From a virus, in the IMG/VR virus record IMGVR_UViG_3300027754_003435: a stretch of 64,000 nucleotides of DNA; one strand, given 5' to 3'. Below are positions 20,894 to 29,964 of this stretch, in pieces. A program made the translations under genes and the position numbers. The notes beneath the pieces were generated by a model, which was not told the origin of the DNA, did not search any database, and was given only the letters and a program-made list of their open reading frames with translations. The number at the start of each line of letters is the position of its first letter. The first letter of the stretch is position 1.

Positions 20894-21919
20894 CTATAAA
20901 GAAATTCCTCTTCTATAAGATTGAATTGGAGGTTCTCCATAGAATACATGCTGTTCATCTTTATTAACTTCAAAGATACTCATTTTTTCCTCATTTTCCA
21001 AGTCTTTTTTTTCTATAACCGTATCTATATCAACTACTTCCGTTATTTCTTCAGTTGGAACAGTTTCTATTTTGGAAACGGTTATGGCATCTGTTATTTG
21101 GGATTCTACGTTTATCCGTTCTTTTTCTTTATGTCTTAAATGATTTGCAGCAATTATTAAAGAAACCGCCAATGGGTCAAACACAGAAACAAGAACAAGT
21201 ATAAACCAATTTGCAATTACGTCCATTGGTTTTCCTGTTAATCTACTCAAATAAAGTAATGGACCAATTTCAGAACTAAATGTTGAATTTTCCAATACTA
21301 ATTTATCTTGTTCTAATAAAGCAACCGAATCTGATAAATTAATTGATTTCTGATTTAATTGAGAAATTTCGCCATTGAGTGTTTGTGTGGATTGATCAAC
21401 TGATTGAATATTTTTTTGTAAACCGCGAGTTCCTTGCTTCTGAGTTAATTGGGAATTCAATGAGTTTTCTTGTGAAAGTCTCAGTCTATCGTATGAGGAA
21501 ATACGTTCAGTTTTTTGTTTAACCAATGTATCTATTTGTGTTTTTTGTTCCGTAAATATTTTTTTCTTTTGTTCAAGAAGAGCAATTTTATTTTGTGTTT
21601 CATAAATAGATTTTGCTGTTTCTTGATACGAGTTGGTAAGATAACCATATACACCAACAGAAGTTAATATCATTAGTACCGCTGCGGATGACATTAAATA
21701 AAACTTAAATAAAAGTTTAAGTGTTTTGAAGTGTTCATGTAAAAATGTTATAACAACTAACTTGGAAAATTCAAGCATTGTAGCCATTCCTATGATTGAC
21801 CATGAACCACCAGAAAATAATTTGGATATTCCGTATATAGAATAATATCCAGAAAAAGATGCTAAACCTATTGCACAAAACCAGATAAGTGTCTGTAATG
21901 ACAATAATTTGGATTTCAT
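20894..21919 (-). CDS. Multi-pass membrane protein with long coiled coil
   Basis: Three N-terminal TM segments, a coiled coil, a fourth TM (ILVLVSVFDPLAV) and an acidic tail. Confidence 0.8.
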   Translation of the reverse strand: MKSKLLSLQTLIWFCAIGLASFSGYYSIYGISKLFSGGSWSIIGMATMLEFSKLVVITFLHEHFKTLKLLFKFYLMSSAAVLMILTSVGVYGYLTNSYQETAKSIYETQNKIALLEQKKKIFTEQKTQIDTLVKQKTERISSYDRLRLSQENSLNSQLTQKQGTRGLQKNIQSVDQSTQTLNGEISQLNQKSINLSDSVALLEQDKLVLENSTFSSEIGPLLYLSRLTGKPMDVIANWFILVLVSVFDPLAVSLIIAANHLRHKEKERINVESQITDAITVSKIETVPTEEITEVVDIDTVIEKKDLENEEKMSIFEVNKDEQHVFYGEPPIQSYRRGISL

Positions 21920-21929
21920 CAAATTCTCA

Positions 21930-22718
21930 CTATGGTTCTAAATTTCTCATTAAACCAATAAGTTCTTCACTTATTGATAAATTTGTAAGATACGCAACAC
22001 CTTCTTTTTGCATAAGTTGTATTAATTTTTTACCAACTTGATTTTGCAATGGACTTTCCAATATACTTTTACCTTTTCTAAAAAGTTGAAGCATCAAATC
22101 AGAATATTCTTCTGAATCAGAACTGTATGATTTGTTATTATCAACTACATGAAAGTGTTGATTTCCAAAATAGCTTTGGAAAGCACCAATGTTATGTTGA
22201 ACTTCTTCCCATTTCTTTGCTACTATCATTGGTGGTACTTTTCTTGGACGCATTTGATTTCTTTGTTGAGCTATATCTAATGAAGTATTTACCATTACCA
22301 TGTCAACATCATATCCCAATGAATGTAACATACTTGAAACTCTCTGAATTTTAGGTAAATCTGCACCAGTTCCATCGATAAAAACAGGTAAACAACCGTT
22401 AACTATCTGAAAAAACTGATTTGAAGCCATTAATTTTGCTTTTTCTCTCTGAAACATCTGTGTAGAATATATATCAGAACCAGGGTCCATTATCAATGGA
22501 AGATTGTTTTTTTTCAATAAAAACTCGTAAAAAGTGTCAGAATTAACTACTTTTACCCCAAATGGACTGATTCCACCCGCTGTTGTACCTGTTAAAACCC
22601 CCAATACGAATCCTTTACCAGATCCAGGTCCACCGCCAAGAAACACTGCTTTGAATATGTTCTTGTCATGCACACTTTCTTTTAGTATACCTTCTATTAT
22701 TTTTTTTAGCTTAATCAT
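21930..22718 (-). CDS. P-loop kinase (zeta-toxin/AAA_33-like) with MIKL leader
   Basis: GGGPGSGKG Walker A, VFIDGTG, RNQMRPR lid; N-terminus MIKLKKIIEGILKE. Confidence 0.8.
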   Translation of the reverse strand: MIKLKKIIEGILKESVHDKNIFKAVFLGGGPGSGKGFVLGVLTGTTAGGISPFGVKVVNSDTFYEFLLKKNNLPLIMDPGSDIYSTQMFQREKAKLMASNQFFQIVNGCLPVFIDGTGADLPKIQRVSSMLHSLGYDVDMVMVNTSLDIAQQRNQMRPRKVPPMIVAKKWEEVQHNIGAFQSYFGNQHFHVVDNNKSYSSDSEEYSDLMLQLFRKGKSILESPLQNQVGKKLIQLMQKEGVAYLTNLSISEELIGLMRNLEP

Positions 22719-22748
22719 AGCTCTACCGATTGTTTTAGAATATTACGA

Positions 22749-22757
22749 ATAAATATA
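22749..22757 (-). promoter_or_regulatory. Putative late promoter TATATTTAT
   Basis: ATAAATATA on + strand, about 30 nt upstream of 22718. Confidence 0.55.
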
Positions 22758-22763
22758 AAAATT

Positions 22764-23654
22764 TTACTTTTTAATCATTTTTAGAAGTGTCAACTCTTTC
22801 TGTTTTGTCTCTAACATAACATCAATATCTAACCCATACGTGTTTGGTAATGTATGTATATAGTCTGAATGTGCTTGTGGTTTTATCTTATCGTCATTCT
22901 CATGAAGTGCTTTACTTTCTGAGTAGTGTACAACAGGTTTTACAGTACCCCACGTCGATGTGGCGAGTCTTAATGCATCTTCCTCTGATAAGTCACCCGT
23001 ACAGAATGTATGGTGGTGGTAATCGAATACAATAGGAATACCGATGGTGTTATGAATCTGCGTTAAGTCTTTAACGGAATACATACTTGCTTTATCATCG
23101 TTCTCTACTGTTAGTCTTAATTTAACAGAATCAGATAACATATCGAATTTACGGCAGAAGCGTTCCATAGTTGTTACTTTGTCACCGTATGTGCCGTTAC
23201 AATGTATGTTAATTTTGTTGAACGGTGTTTTAGATAAATTCATTAAATCAAATATTTTACCATGTGTTTCTAAATCAATAATAGTTCTTCTAACTACATC
23301 GTCATTTGGAGAACCTAACACATTGAATGGACCAGGATGGCAAGTGATACGTATATTGTTTTCTTGTACGAATTTACCGATACGTTGAAGTACAATACGG
23401 ATTAAATGAATTTGCGGTAAAGTTTCTAAGTCATACTCAGAAGCCCAAGGAAAAATATCAGATGAAACACGAAAGAAATAAATACCGTTCTTTACGTTCC
23501 ACTTGAGAATCTTTTCTAAATCAACAACATTTTTATATGCAAGTTCAGAAGCATAACTTACACCTTTAGTTAAAAAAGTTTTTTTAATCATAGAACGATT
23601 AGTGGTAATTTTTTCTTTACCCAATGTCATGTTAATACAAGCGTAGCCAAGCAT
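22764..23654 (-). CDS. uvsE: UV damage endonuclease
   Basis: LGYACIN, FFRVSSDIFP, HPGPFNVL, RLTVENDD, VFDYHHH, HYSES and AHSDY motifs. Confidence 0.95.
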   Translation of the reverse strand: MLGYACINMTLGKEKITTNRSMIKKTFLTKGVSYASELAYKNVVDLEKILKWNVKNGIYFFRVSSDIFPWASEYDLETLPQIHLIRIVLQRIGKFVQENNIRITCHPGPFNVLGSPNDDVVRRTIIDLETHGKIFDLMNLSKTPFNKINIHCNGTYGDKVTTMERFCRKFDMLSDSVKLRLTVENDDKASMYSVKDLTQIHNTIGIPIVFDYHHHTFCTGDLSEEDALRLATSTWGTVKPVVHYSESKALHENDDKIKPQAHSDYIHTLPNTYGLDIDVMLETKQKELTLLKMIKK

Positions 23655-23656
23655 AA

Positions 23657-23697
23657 AAAATCCGTATAAAGTTTTAATACAACAAGATACGGATTTT
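23657..23697. terminator. 11 bp inverted repeat between WYL and uvsE (terminator or operator)
   Basis: aaaatccgtat ... atacggatttt. Confidence 0.45.
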
Positions 23698-23698
23698 A

Positions 23699-24067
23699 TT
23701 AGAATTTTGCTATTGCTAATATGGTTTGAATTTGTCTATCACCACTTGAATTAAATCTTGAGTCTGGAACTTTATCAGCAGTTTTCTTACTTAATACATT
23801 TATATTACTAATCCGATCAACCCTAAGTAATTTCCAACCAGGAATCTGTGTTGTTGTTTTTCCAGTTGTTTGCCATACTCGTAAATATTTTTTACCATTG
23901 GTTAACCCAAAACAAACAGGAATAATTCCAGTTCGCCAACCAGGTGAGTTTTCTCTATCACCCTTATAATAAAGTGCTAATATTTTTTTATCATTAACAG
24001 CATTAACCAAAACAGAATCTTGAGGAGCTGCTTCAGTAAGTAGTAATATTTCGGTTAAACTTATCAT
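23699..24067 (-). CDS. Stand-alone WYL-domain protein with MISLTEILLLTE leader
   Basis: LYYKG...GWR...PVCFG...YLRVWQ...GWKLLRVDRISNI is a WYL pattern. Start moved to ATG 24067, just after TATATTTAT at 24072-24080. Confidence 0.75.
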   Translation of the reverse strand: MISLTEILLLTEAAPQDSVLVNAVNDKKILALYYKGDRENSPGWRTGIIPVCFGLTNGKKYLRVWQTTGKTTTQIPGWKLLRVDRISNINVLSKKTADKVPDSRFNSSGDRQIQTILAIAKF

Positions 24068-24155
24068 AACCATAAATATATAAAAATAAAAAACCCCCAA
24101 CCAAAGTTGGAGGTTATTTAGGGTATCATCCCTTTTCCCATTCCGTAGGAATTTT

Positions 24156-24707
24156 TTATGATTTTTTTCGTTCACATGGTAGTTGGCCAGTTAACTTCCA
24201 TTTATTAAAAATTACCAATTGTTCTTCAGTAAGTAAACCTTCAATCAAAGAAAGTGTTGTTTCATTGCATTTTTTCATATTAACTTGAAATGTAAGTTGT
24301 GTTTCTTTAGCAAGTTTACCATATTCTTTTCTAATGGATTCAACTTGCTGACGTACTAAGGAATCTTTTTCTAAACCTTTGTATTGAGCCAACTTTTCTG
24401 CTTGTTGTTTTCTCAATGATTCCATTGTTGTTTTTAATTTTAACTTACATTCTTTTTCACAAGTACGAGCTTCTGATAAAATAAATTTAATTTTATTCAT
24501 TTGCTCTTGTGAAAGATTCAAGCAAGGTAAAACTGCTTCTAACGGAACTCTTTTTTGCATTCCAATCGAATCTTTTTTTATTGAATCACGTAAATCAATC
24601 GGTGTTCTTTTTTCAAATGCAGTTGTATCTTCAACTTTTGTTAATTGTTCTTGACAACCAACAACCAATAATAAACTTAAAACCAAAATCTTCATATAGT
24701 TTTTCAT
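24156..24707 (-). CDS. Lipoprotein with Spy/CpxP-like LTxEQ motifs
   Basis: Lipobox-like LLLVVGC; LNLSQEQ and LLTEEQ; helical and Lys/Glu-rich. Confidence 0.65.
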   Translation of the reverse strand: MKNYMKILVLSLLLVVGCQEQLTKVEDTTAFEKRTPIDLRDSIKKDSIGMQKRVPLEAVLPCLNLSQEQMNKIKFILSEARTCEKECKLKLKTTMESLRKQQAEKLAQYKGLEKDSLVRQQVESIRKEYGKLAKETQLTFQVNMKKCNETTLSLIEGLLTEEQLVIFNKWKLTGQLPCERKKS

Positions 24708-24730
24708 AACTACTTCCTTTAAATAAAAAA

Positions 24731-25354
24731 TTAAAAATCAATTGCTGGATTTCCACTCATACTACCTGAGTATGTACTCGTATGCACTAAACGAATTGCA
24801 AGTCCCATCCCAAATGGTGTATTTATCTTAACAACATTATCGTTTGACCAATATAAACGAGTTGCAACTGCCGCTGCTGCTGAAGCTGTTGTTGCTGTCC
24901 AAAAATTTGCACTCCAACCAAAATCGTATTGTTCTGCATTTTCTTTCATATAACCATTTGGATTTCCACAAAAGTTACTTTCATTACTACCATTACCAGA
25001 ACGTTTATTAAGAGTTGACCAATTAATATTATTTTTTAATAAATTACCGGCTGCTTGTTGACCACCTTCTGCAGTAATCAATGTGTTCCAATCACTTTCA
25101 GTTGGAACTCTAAATCCTGTTGGAGCAATTGCTGCATGTGAACCAGATACGGCATACCAATTATACAATTTTCCGTATTCTTCTTCCATACCTTCGTCGA
25201 AATCATAGTAACACCAACCAGGTGTACCATTTTGAGAATATGCTTCCCATTGTTCTGAACTAGAAACTTCTGCGATGGCTGTGCCATCTTGAAAAGATTC
25301 TACTGCAAGATTTTCTTTAAACCAATATTGTGAACCTATTTGAACAATAGCCAT
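24731..25354 (-). CDS. FISUMP (Fibrobacter succinogenes major paralogous) domain protein
   Basis: VQIGSQYWFKENL, WCYY, YGKLYNWYAV and APTGFRVPTESDW motifs. Confidence 0.9.
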   Translation of the reverse strand: MAIVQIGSQYWFKENLAVESFQDGTAIAEVSSSEQWEAYSQNGTPGWCYYDFDEGMEEEYGKLYNWYAVSGSHAAIAPTGFRVPTESDWNTLITAEGGQQAAGNLLKNNINWSTLNKRSGNGSNESNFCGNPNGYMKENAEQYDFGWSANFWTATTASAAAAVATRLYWSNDNVVKINTPFGMGLAIRLVHTSTYSGSMSGNPAIDF

Positions 25355-25395
25355 CAAATTCTCCTAACAATTTTAATAATCATGTATTATCTATA

Positions 25396-25410
25396 ATAAA
25401 TATAAATATA
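25396..25410 (-). promoter_or_regulatory. Two overlapping TATATTTAT motifs
   Basis: ATAAATATAAATATA on + strand upstream of the FISUMP gene. Confidence 0.5.
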
Positions 25411-25428
25411 ACCGCAATAACCAAAAAA

Positions 25429-25692
25429 CTATTTTGTTCTTGTACTTCTTGTCTTTTTTGGTGGAGATGTAATTGTTTTTATATTATGATCTTTAGAAAG
25501 TTTTTTTACATTTTTTCTTTCTATTTCATCAGAATGATGAACTAATGCAGAAATAATTACTTTTTTATCAGTCAACTCTTCTAAAACAGAAATAAATTTA
25601 CTTCTATAATATAACCAAACACCAATAACCCCAACTAAAAATGGTATTACCGAATTAACGATAATCATTAAAATTGAATTTCCATCTAACAT
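25429..25692 (-). CDS. Small membrane protein
   Basis: N-terminal TM helix and basic tail. Confidence 0.7.
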   Translation of the reverse strand: MLDGNSILMIIVNSVIPFLVGVIGVWLYYRSKFISVLEELTDKKVIISALVHHSDEIERKNVKKLSKDHNIKTITSPPKKTRSTRTK

Positions 25693-25697
25693 AACCT

Positions 25698-26234
25698 TTA
25701 CTCCGTAGTACGTATATAAAATATATAATTATTTTCTGAAATTTTTTTCACACACACATGATTATATAGTGATGTAAAATGTTGAAATAGATAAACCATA
25801 CTATATCTGTAAACAGGTGTTGGAAACTCTTTTATAGAAAAAACAACATTTTTTGAAAATTTAAAACATTCTCTTATTATAGTGTCTATAAATTGATATT
25901 GTCTTTCACTATACAATGGTTTATCAAAAATACCAGTTATTATAGACCAATCATATTGATTATAATCATTATTATCTATAAATTCTTGTATTGATTCTTG
26001 GACATAACTCCAATTGTGAGTTTTTTCTAATGGTTCATTATCTACAAATATATTATGAATATCATCACTAATATCAACTGCTGTGTACTCAATATCCAAT
26101 CCAAATTCATCAATTTTATTTATAAAGTTTAATTCTTTATCGCATGCTCCAAAATGAACCACTCTCTCATTTTGGCCAATTCCACAATAAATAATTTCAT
26201 CGGCTGTTCTAATTACGTTTGTTATTTGTTCCAT
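25698..26234 (-). CDS. Class I SAM-dependent methyltransferase-like protein
   Basis: VVHFGAC, YTAVDIS and YDWSIITGIF resemble Rossmann MTase motifs I, II and IV. Confidence 0.65.
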   Translation of the reverse strand: MEQITNVIRTADEIIYCGIGQNERVVHFGACDKELNFINKIDEFGLDIEYTAVDISDDIHNIFVDNEPLEKTHNWSYVQESIQEFIDNNDYNQYDWSIITGIFDKPLYSERQYQFIDTIIRECFKFSKNVVFSIKEFPTPVYRYSMVYLFQHFTSLYNHVCVKKISENNYIFYIRTTE

Positions 26235-26863
26235 TTTAGCGCTTCCGAAATGTTAGGAAAATTTATAATAAATATGTCTTTAATGTCATTCGCAATAATT
26301 CTGTGTTCAAGTTGTGTATCTTCTGAACACCGTAGATCAAGATAGTGAATCCAACTACGAATAGAACCTTTCATATACATAGTTGTTTCAGTTGCTAGTG
26401 GAAGAACATCACGAGCAGTTTCTCGTGATACACCATCATCAATTAAGTATTGATATAGTTCTTTACTTTTTTCTAAATGGTTATCAACCATTTTACTTAA
26501 AGTAGAATCTAAAATAATTTCTTCTGAACTTTGTCTGTTTGTTTTTCCTTGTTTACGCAATTCAATTGGTTGAATGTCTGTTGCTGTTGAATATCTTTGA
26601 GAAAATTCTTGAAAAGAAAAACTACGGTGGCGTAAAATTTGAGCTGCAATACTTCTGCGAGTAACTATCGAAACTGTCATGTCTACCATTTCAAAAGGCG
26701 ACCAATGCTTATGCTTAATTAAATAACTTAGGAGTTTAGACGATGAATCCATATTCATCTGATTAGACGGATTACTAACTCTTGCACAATACGAAATCAA
26801 TTCTTCTGCCGTTGTTAACCCACTCATCGTTGGAAGAGTAATCGAAACTAATTTTACGGACAT
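26222..26863 (-). CDS. thyX: Flavin-dependent thymidylate synthase
   Basis: KHKHWSPFE, QILRHRSFSFQEFSQRY, ETARDVLP and TQLEHR motifs. Confidence 0.95.
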   Translation of the reverse strand: MSVKLVSITLPTMSGLTTAEELISYCARVSNPSNQMNMDSSSKLLSYLIKHKHWSPFEMVDMTVSIVTRRSIAAQILRHRSFSFQEFSQRYSTATDIQPIELRKQGKTNRQSSEEIILDSTLSKMVDNHLEKSKELYQYLIDDGVSRETARDVLPLATETTMYMKGSIRSWIHYLDLRCSEDTQLEHRIIANDIKDIFIINFPNISEALKWNK

Positions 26864-26866
26864 AAC

Positions 26867-27328
26867 TTATTTTTTACCTTTATCCTTCTTTATTTTTATC
26901 AATTTTATATAAATACCACTAGTGTCTTCGGATATAATTACCGAGTGATTTCCTGTGTATAATACAAGTGTTAACCACTTTAAAAATTTATTTATATCTG
27001 TACTAATTGGATCACTTAAATTTTTATCATTTTCATTTTGTGTTTTTTTTTCATCAAATGAATCATAACTATCTTCTTCCGACCAATCTTCACTAAAATC
27101 TTCATCTTCATTATCATTATCATTATCAAATGGTGATGACTTTTCATCTTTTGTTTTTTGTTTTATTTTTTCTACAATATCCTGTAGAATTAAAGAATCA
27201 TATATTTGATTAAATCTATCAATAAATTTATTTTTTTCTTTGATTGATATTTTTTCATCAGTTACACTCTTTAAATCAATCTGAAAATAATTTAGCATAG
27301 ATTTAAGTTTACGTTCTTGCTTTGTCAT
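26867..27328 (-). CDS. Hypothetical protein with acidic linker
   Basis: 153 aa ORF packed between neighbours. Confidence 0.7.
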   Translation of the reverse strand: MTKQERKLKSMLNYFQIDLKSVTDEKISIKEKNKFIDRFNQIYDSLILQDIVEKIKQKTKDEKSSPFDNDNDNEDEDFSEDWSEEDSYDSFDEKKTQNENDKNLSDPISTDINKFLKWLTLVLYTGNHSVIISEDTSGIYIKLIKIKKDKGKK

Positions 27329-27569
27329 TATTTTGCCTTTTTATAGTGTCAATAACTTCAACATATTCATAATTACCATGTTGTATTTGTACCATGGAAT
27401 ATCGTTTCAGTTCGTTACAAATTTTTTCGTTTGATCCATAATTACTTGCAATATTAAGCATTGTGTTTTTTAATGGACAATTTTGTTTAAATATAGTAAT
27501 TGGTGTTCTGGAAATAAACCACATACTTATAAAACCGATAATGAATGAAGTAACTAATTCCATTTTCAT
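27309..27569 (-). CDS. Small hypothetical membrane-anchored protein
   Basis: Hydrophobic N-terminus LVTSFIIGFISMWFI; start uncertain (27569 or 27563). Confidence 0.6.
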   Translation of the reverse strand: MKMELVTSFIIGFISMWFISRTPITIFKQNCPLKNTMLNIASNYGSNEKICNELKRYSMVQIQHGNYEYVEVIDTIKRQNNDKART

Positions 27570-27618
27570 CTCCAATTTATACAAAATTTCCTTTTCAATA
27601 AATAGAATACAAACAAAA

Positions 27619-27660
27619 AAACGAGAGAAAAATGGTCGGTATATTTAATATCTCTCGTTT
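27619..27660. terminator. Hairpin downstream of the lytic transglycosylase gene
   Basis: aaacgagaga ... tctctcgttt with an adjacent A-run (U-run on the - strand). Confidence 0.55.
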
Positions 27661-27675
27661 ATGTATAACTGAAGA

Positions 27676-28179
27676 TTATACTGAAATTCCTTTATTCTTT
27701 AATTCAGAACAAACTAATCTCGATACTTTCTTCCAATAGTGTTTGGTAGCCCCTTTTTTGTGTCCATGTGGACCACCGTTCCACTTTCTCGCTAATATCT
27801 CCATTTCGGTCATCGTAATGGTTTCCCAGTTAAGTTTGGGATTGTAGAAATTCTGATAAATCCAAAACATTTGTTCAGACTTATCAGGATTTAACCTGTC
27901 TTGTAAAGCAAATTGTTTATGTATTCCCTTTGCTTTACAGATACGATTCACTTCCTTTACCATTATTGGTAAAATTTGAACTATTCCAAGTGAACCATCC
28001 TTTGATCGTGCGGTTGCATTGCCCTTAGACTCAACCCAAACGATAGATGAATATAACACATTCTTAACTATTGCTGACTTAATCTCAGCGTTTTTGTTTA
28101 CTACAGAAGTCATAGTTACTATAGGTAAACAAAAAATAATAAAGAACGATGTTATAACCCGTTTACATTTGTTAGTCAT
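27676..28179 (-). CDS. Lytic transglycosylase/lysozyme-like protein with N-terminal anchor
   Basis: IVWVES (catalytic Glu), SLGIVQI and ARKWNGGP motifs; hydrophobic N-terminus. Confidence 0.8.
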   Translation of the reverse strand: MTNKCKRVITSFFIIFCLPIVTMTSVVNKNAEIKSAIVKNVLYSSIVWVESKGNATARSKDGSLGIVQILPIMVKEVNRICKAKGIHKQFALQDRLNPDKSEQMFWIYQNFYNPKLNWETITMTEMEILARKWNGGPHGHKKGATKHYWKKVSRLVCSELKNKGISV

Positions 28180-28289
28180 AATTTATGTCCTCATTTATGG
28201 ATAATATATTTAACTGACCATTTCGTTGAAGTCAACGTTATGGTTAAAACATATACCGACCATATTTTTCTATGTAAAAGAACGATGTA

Positions 28290-28321
28290 CAAATATAAGC
28301 AAAAAGATAAATATTAACAAA
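28290..28321 (-). promoter_or_regulatory. Bacteroidota-type promoter TTTG-N20-TATATTTG
   Basis: caaatata at 28290-28297 and caaa at 28318-28321 on the + strand. Confidence 0.7.
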
Positions 28322-28479
28322 TCAAATTTTTCCTAATAATTTTATCTCTAGTAGTATATACTATATAATCTAGTATATAATATTAATATATAATAATTAA
28401 CACTTTTCTCTGTGTTCACACCTTTCCCGTGTTCACTGGCAATATACAAAAAAAATGAATACAAAACAAGAACTTTTTT

Positions 28480-29139
28480 TCACCAAGTCAAAATATTTGG
28501 ATATTTTCTCATATTTTTTACTGCTGACTGAACATAAAGATATTCAGAGTTCTGATAAAGGAAGGTAGAACCACCGCCATCACAATTAATTGCATCTTTA
28601 CAACCAAGTTCCAATAATCGTTTCGGCATATCAACGATTCGTATGGAAGAGTTAATGTAGATAAAAACACTATCAGGGTGATGACTACCAAATACAGTTC
28701 TAGGACGTTTGGTGAGTGTAAACTTGTTGTTTGGTATCTTTTGTGGTATACTATCCTTAACAATCAATGGTGTCCCCGTAACGATGTATTTTGACCATAT
28801 AGCTGGTACATCAGTATAGCGATTAAAGTGTAAATGTGGTTTCAAATTAGGAACGCCTAACTGATTTGAATAATCGATTGATACAAACGGCCATAGTAGT
28901 GGATTGTTTGGATTAAACCTAACAGAATCTTTATACGGAGGAACAAAAGTTTTAGTTGTAAAAAAAGATAGGTTAATCATATTTTTTACTTTATATTTGT
29001 AAACAAACCAGGAAGGATGTTTTAATCCAGCGTTAGATAATAACCTAACCTTATTCAAAGGAAGTTTAATTATCCATTCTTTTGAATAAGCGGTACTAAG
29101 TGATAATATCACTAATAATATTTTTATTATCTCTTTCAT
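28480..29139 (-). CDS. Phosphodiester glycosidase (NAGPA)-family protein, secreted
   Basis: RPRTVFG and AINCDGGGST motifs; signal-peptide-like N-terminus. Confidence 0.75.
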   Translation of the reverse strand: MKEIIKILLVILSLSTAYSKEWIIKLPLNKVRLLSNAGLKHPSWFVYKYKVKNMINLSFFTTKTFVPPYKDSVRFNPNNPLLWPFVSIDYSNQLGVPNLKPHLHFNRYTDVPAIWSKYIVTGTPLIVKDSIPQKIPNNKFTLTKRPRTVFGSHHPDSVFIYINSSIRIVDMPKRLLELGCKDAINCDGGGSTFLYQNSEYLYVQSAVKNMRKYPNILTW

Positions 29140-29174
29140 TTTTATAAGTATGATTCAAAAAAATAAAAATATTA

Positions 29175-29206
29175 TTTGGAATAGATTGAACCATTTTGTA
29201 TATTTG
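29175..29206 (+). promoter_or_regulatory. Bacteroidota-type promoter TTTG-N20-TATATTTG
   Basis: Exact consensus spacing upstream of 29244. Confidence 0.7.
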
Positions 29207-29243
29207 TACATGATTATTAACAACAATTATTTAAGGATTATTT

Positions 29244-29453
29244 ATGGCTTACTACCTCGCTAAAGTACAGTTTGAAATTACTAGCGATAATGGTAAAGTG
29301 AGAAGAAATTCTCGCAGTTACATGGTGAATGCAGTATCTATTACTGATGCAGAAGTTCAACTAACCAAATACTTGTCAGCAAGTGTTGAACCGTTTGAAG
29401 TTAAAACTATTTCAGAATCAAAAATTGTGGATTACATCAATGAACAAGAATGA
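29244..29453 (+). CDS. DUF4494-like protein
   Basis: YLAKVQFE...NGKV...YMVNAVSITDAE...FEVKTISESKIVD pattern, typical of Bacteroidota and their phages. Confidence 0.8.
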   Translation: MAYYLAKVQFEITSDNGKVRRNSRSYMVNAVSITDAEVQLTKYLSASVEPFEVKTISESKIVDYINEQE

Positions 29454-29859
29454 TTTCAAAAAAATGTTAAATGAGTTTGAAGAAGAATTTATTAAAGTGA
29501 ACAATTCAGAAAACTTACAGCAGTTGAAAGAGAATTATATTAAATTAGAATTAGTACGTGAAAACATATTTGATTCTTTATTTGAGAAAGTTCAAGACAC
29601 AGAAGAACGTGGAGAATTTCTAAAAATATTTTCCAAGTTTGAATATGAAATACCATATCAGATTCCTTTGTTTAGTGATGATGATATGGATCAGGTTGAC
29701 CAATTGTTTGAAGATTACAATGGTTACTTCCAAAGATTTGCATGCTTAAACGCTGAACAAATTATTTCATGGAGTGATACCGAAGTTCTTTTTGATGATG
29801 AGTTCGGCAACATTGATATAGTAACTCGACCCGATACTCTGGTGGGAAAAGCAGAATAA
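29440..29859 (+). CDS. Acidic hypothetical protein
   Basis: Start moved to ATG 29440 (MNKNDF); followed by a terminator. Confidence 0.75.
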   Translation: MNKNDFKKMLNEFEEEFIKVNNSENLQQLKENYIKLELVRENIFDSLFEKVQDTEERGEFLKIFSKFEYEIPYQIPLFSDDDMDQVDQLFEDYNGYFQRFACLNAEQIISWSDTEVLFDDEFGNIDIVTRPDTLVGKAE

Positions 29860-29871
29860 CCTTAATAAAAT

Positions 29872-29899
29872 AAAGTCCAACAGATTGTTGGACTTTTTT
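29872..29899 (+). terminator. Intrinsic terminator
   Basis: AAAGTCCAACA-GAT-TGTTGGACTTT followed by a T-run. Confidence 0.85.
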
Positions 29900-29902
29900 G
29901 TT

Positions 29903-29934
29903 TTTGGTTGTTATTAGAAAAAAACGTATATTTG
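29903..29934 (+). promoter_or_regulatory. Bacteroidota-type promoter TTTG-N20-TATATTTG
   Basis: Exact consensus upstream of 29965. Confidence 0.7.
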
Positions 29935-29964
29935 TGTGTTAGGGATTTTCAAATGAAATAAAAA

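Noticed and set aside
21930-22718. Epsilon/zeta or DarTG-type toxin-antitoxin modules for the kinase or ART genes
   Set aside because: No adjacent antitoxin (epsilon-like or macrodomain) is recognisable, and the genes carry late-type signals rather than autoregulated TA layout.
28400-28440. Two copies of gtgttcac within a ~19 bp imperfect tandem repeat
   Set aside because: Only two short copies and no other occurrence noticed; insufficient to assign function.
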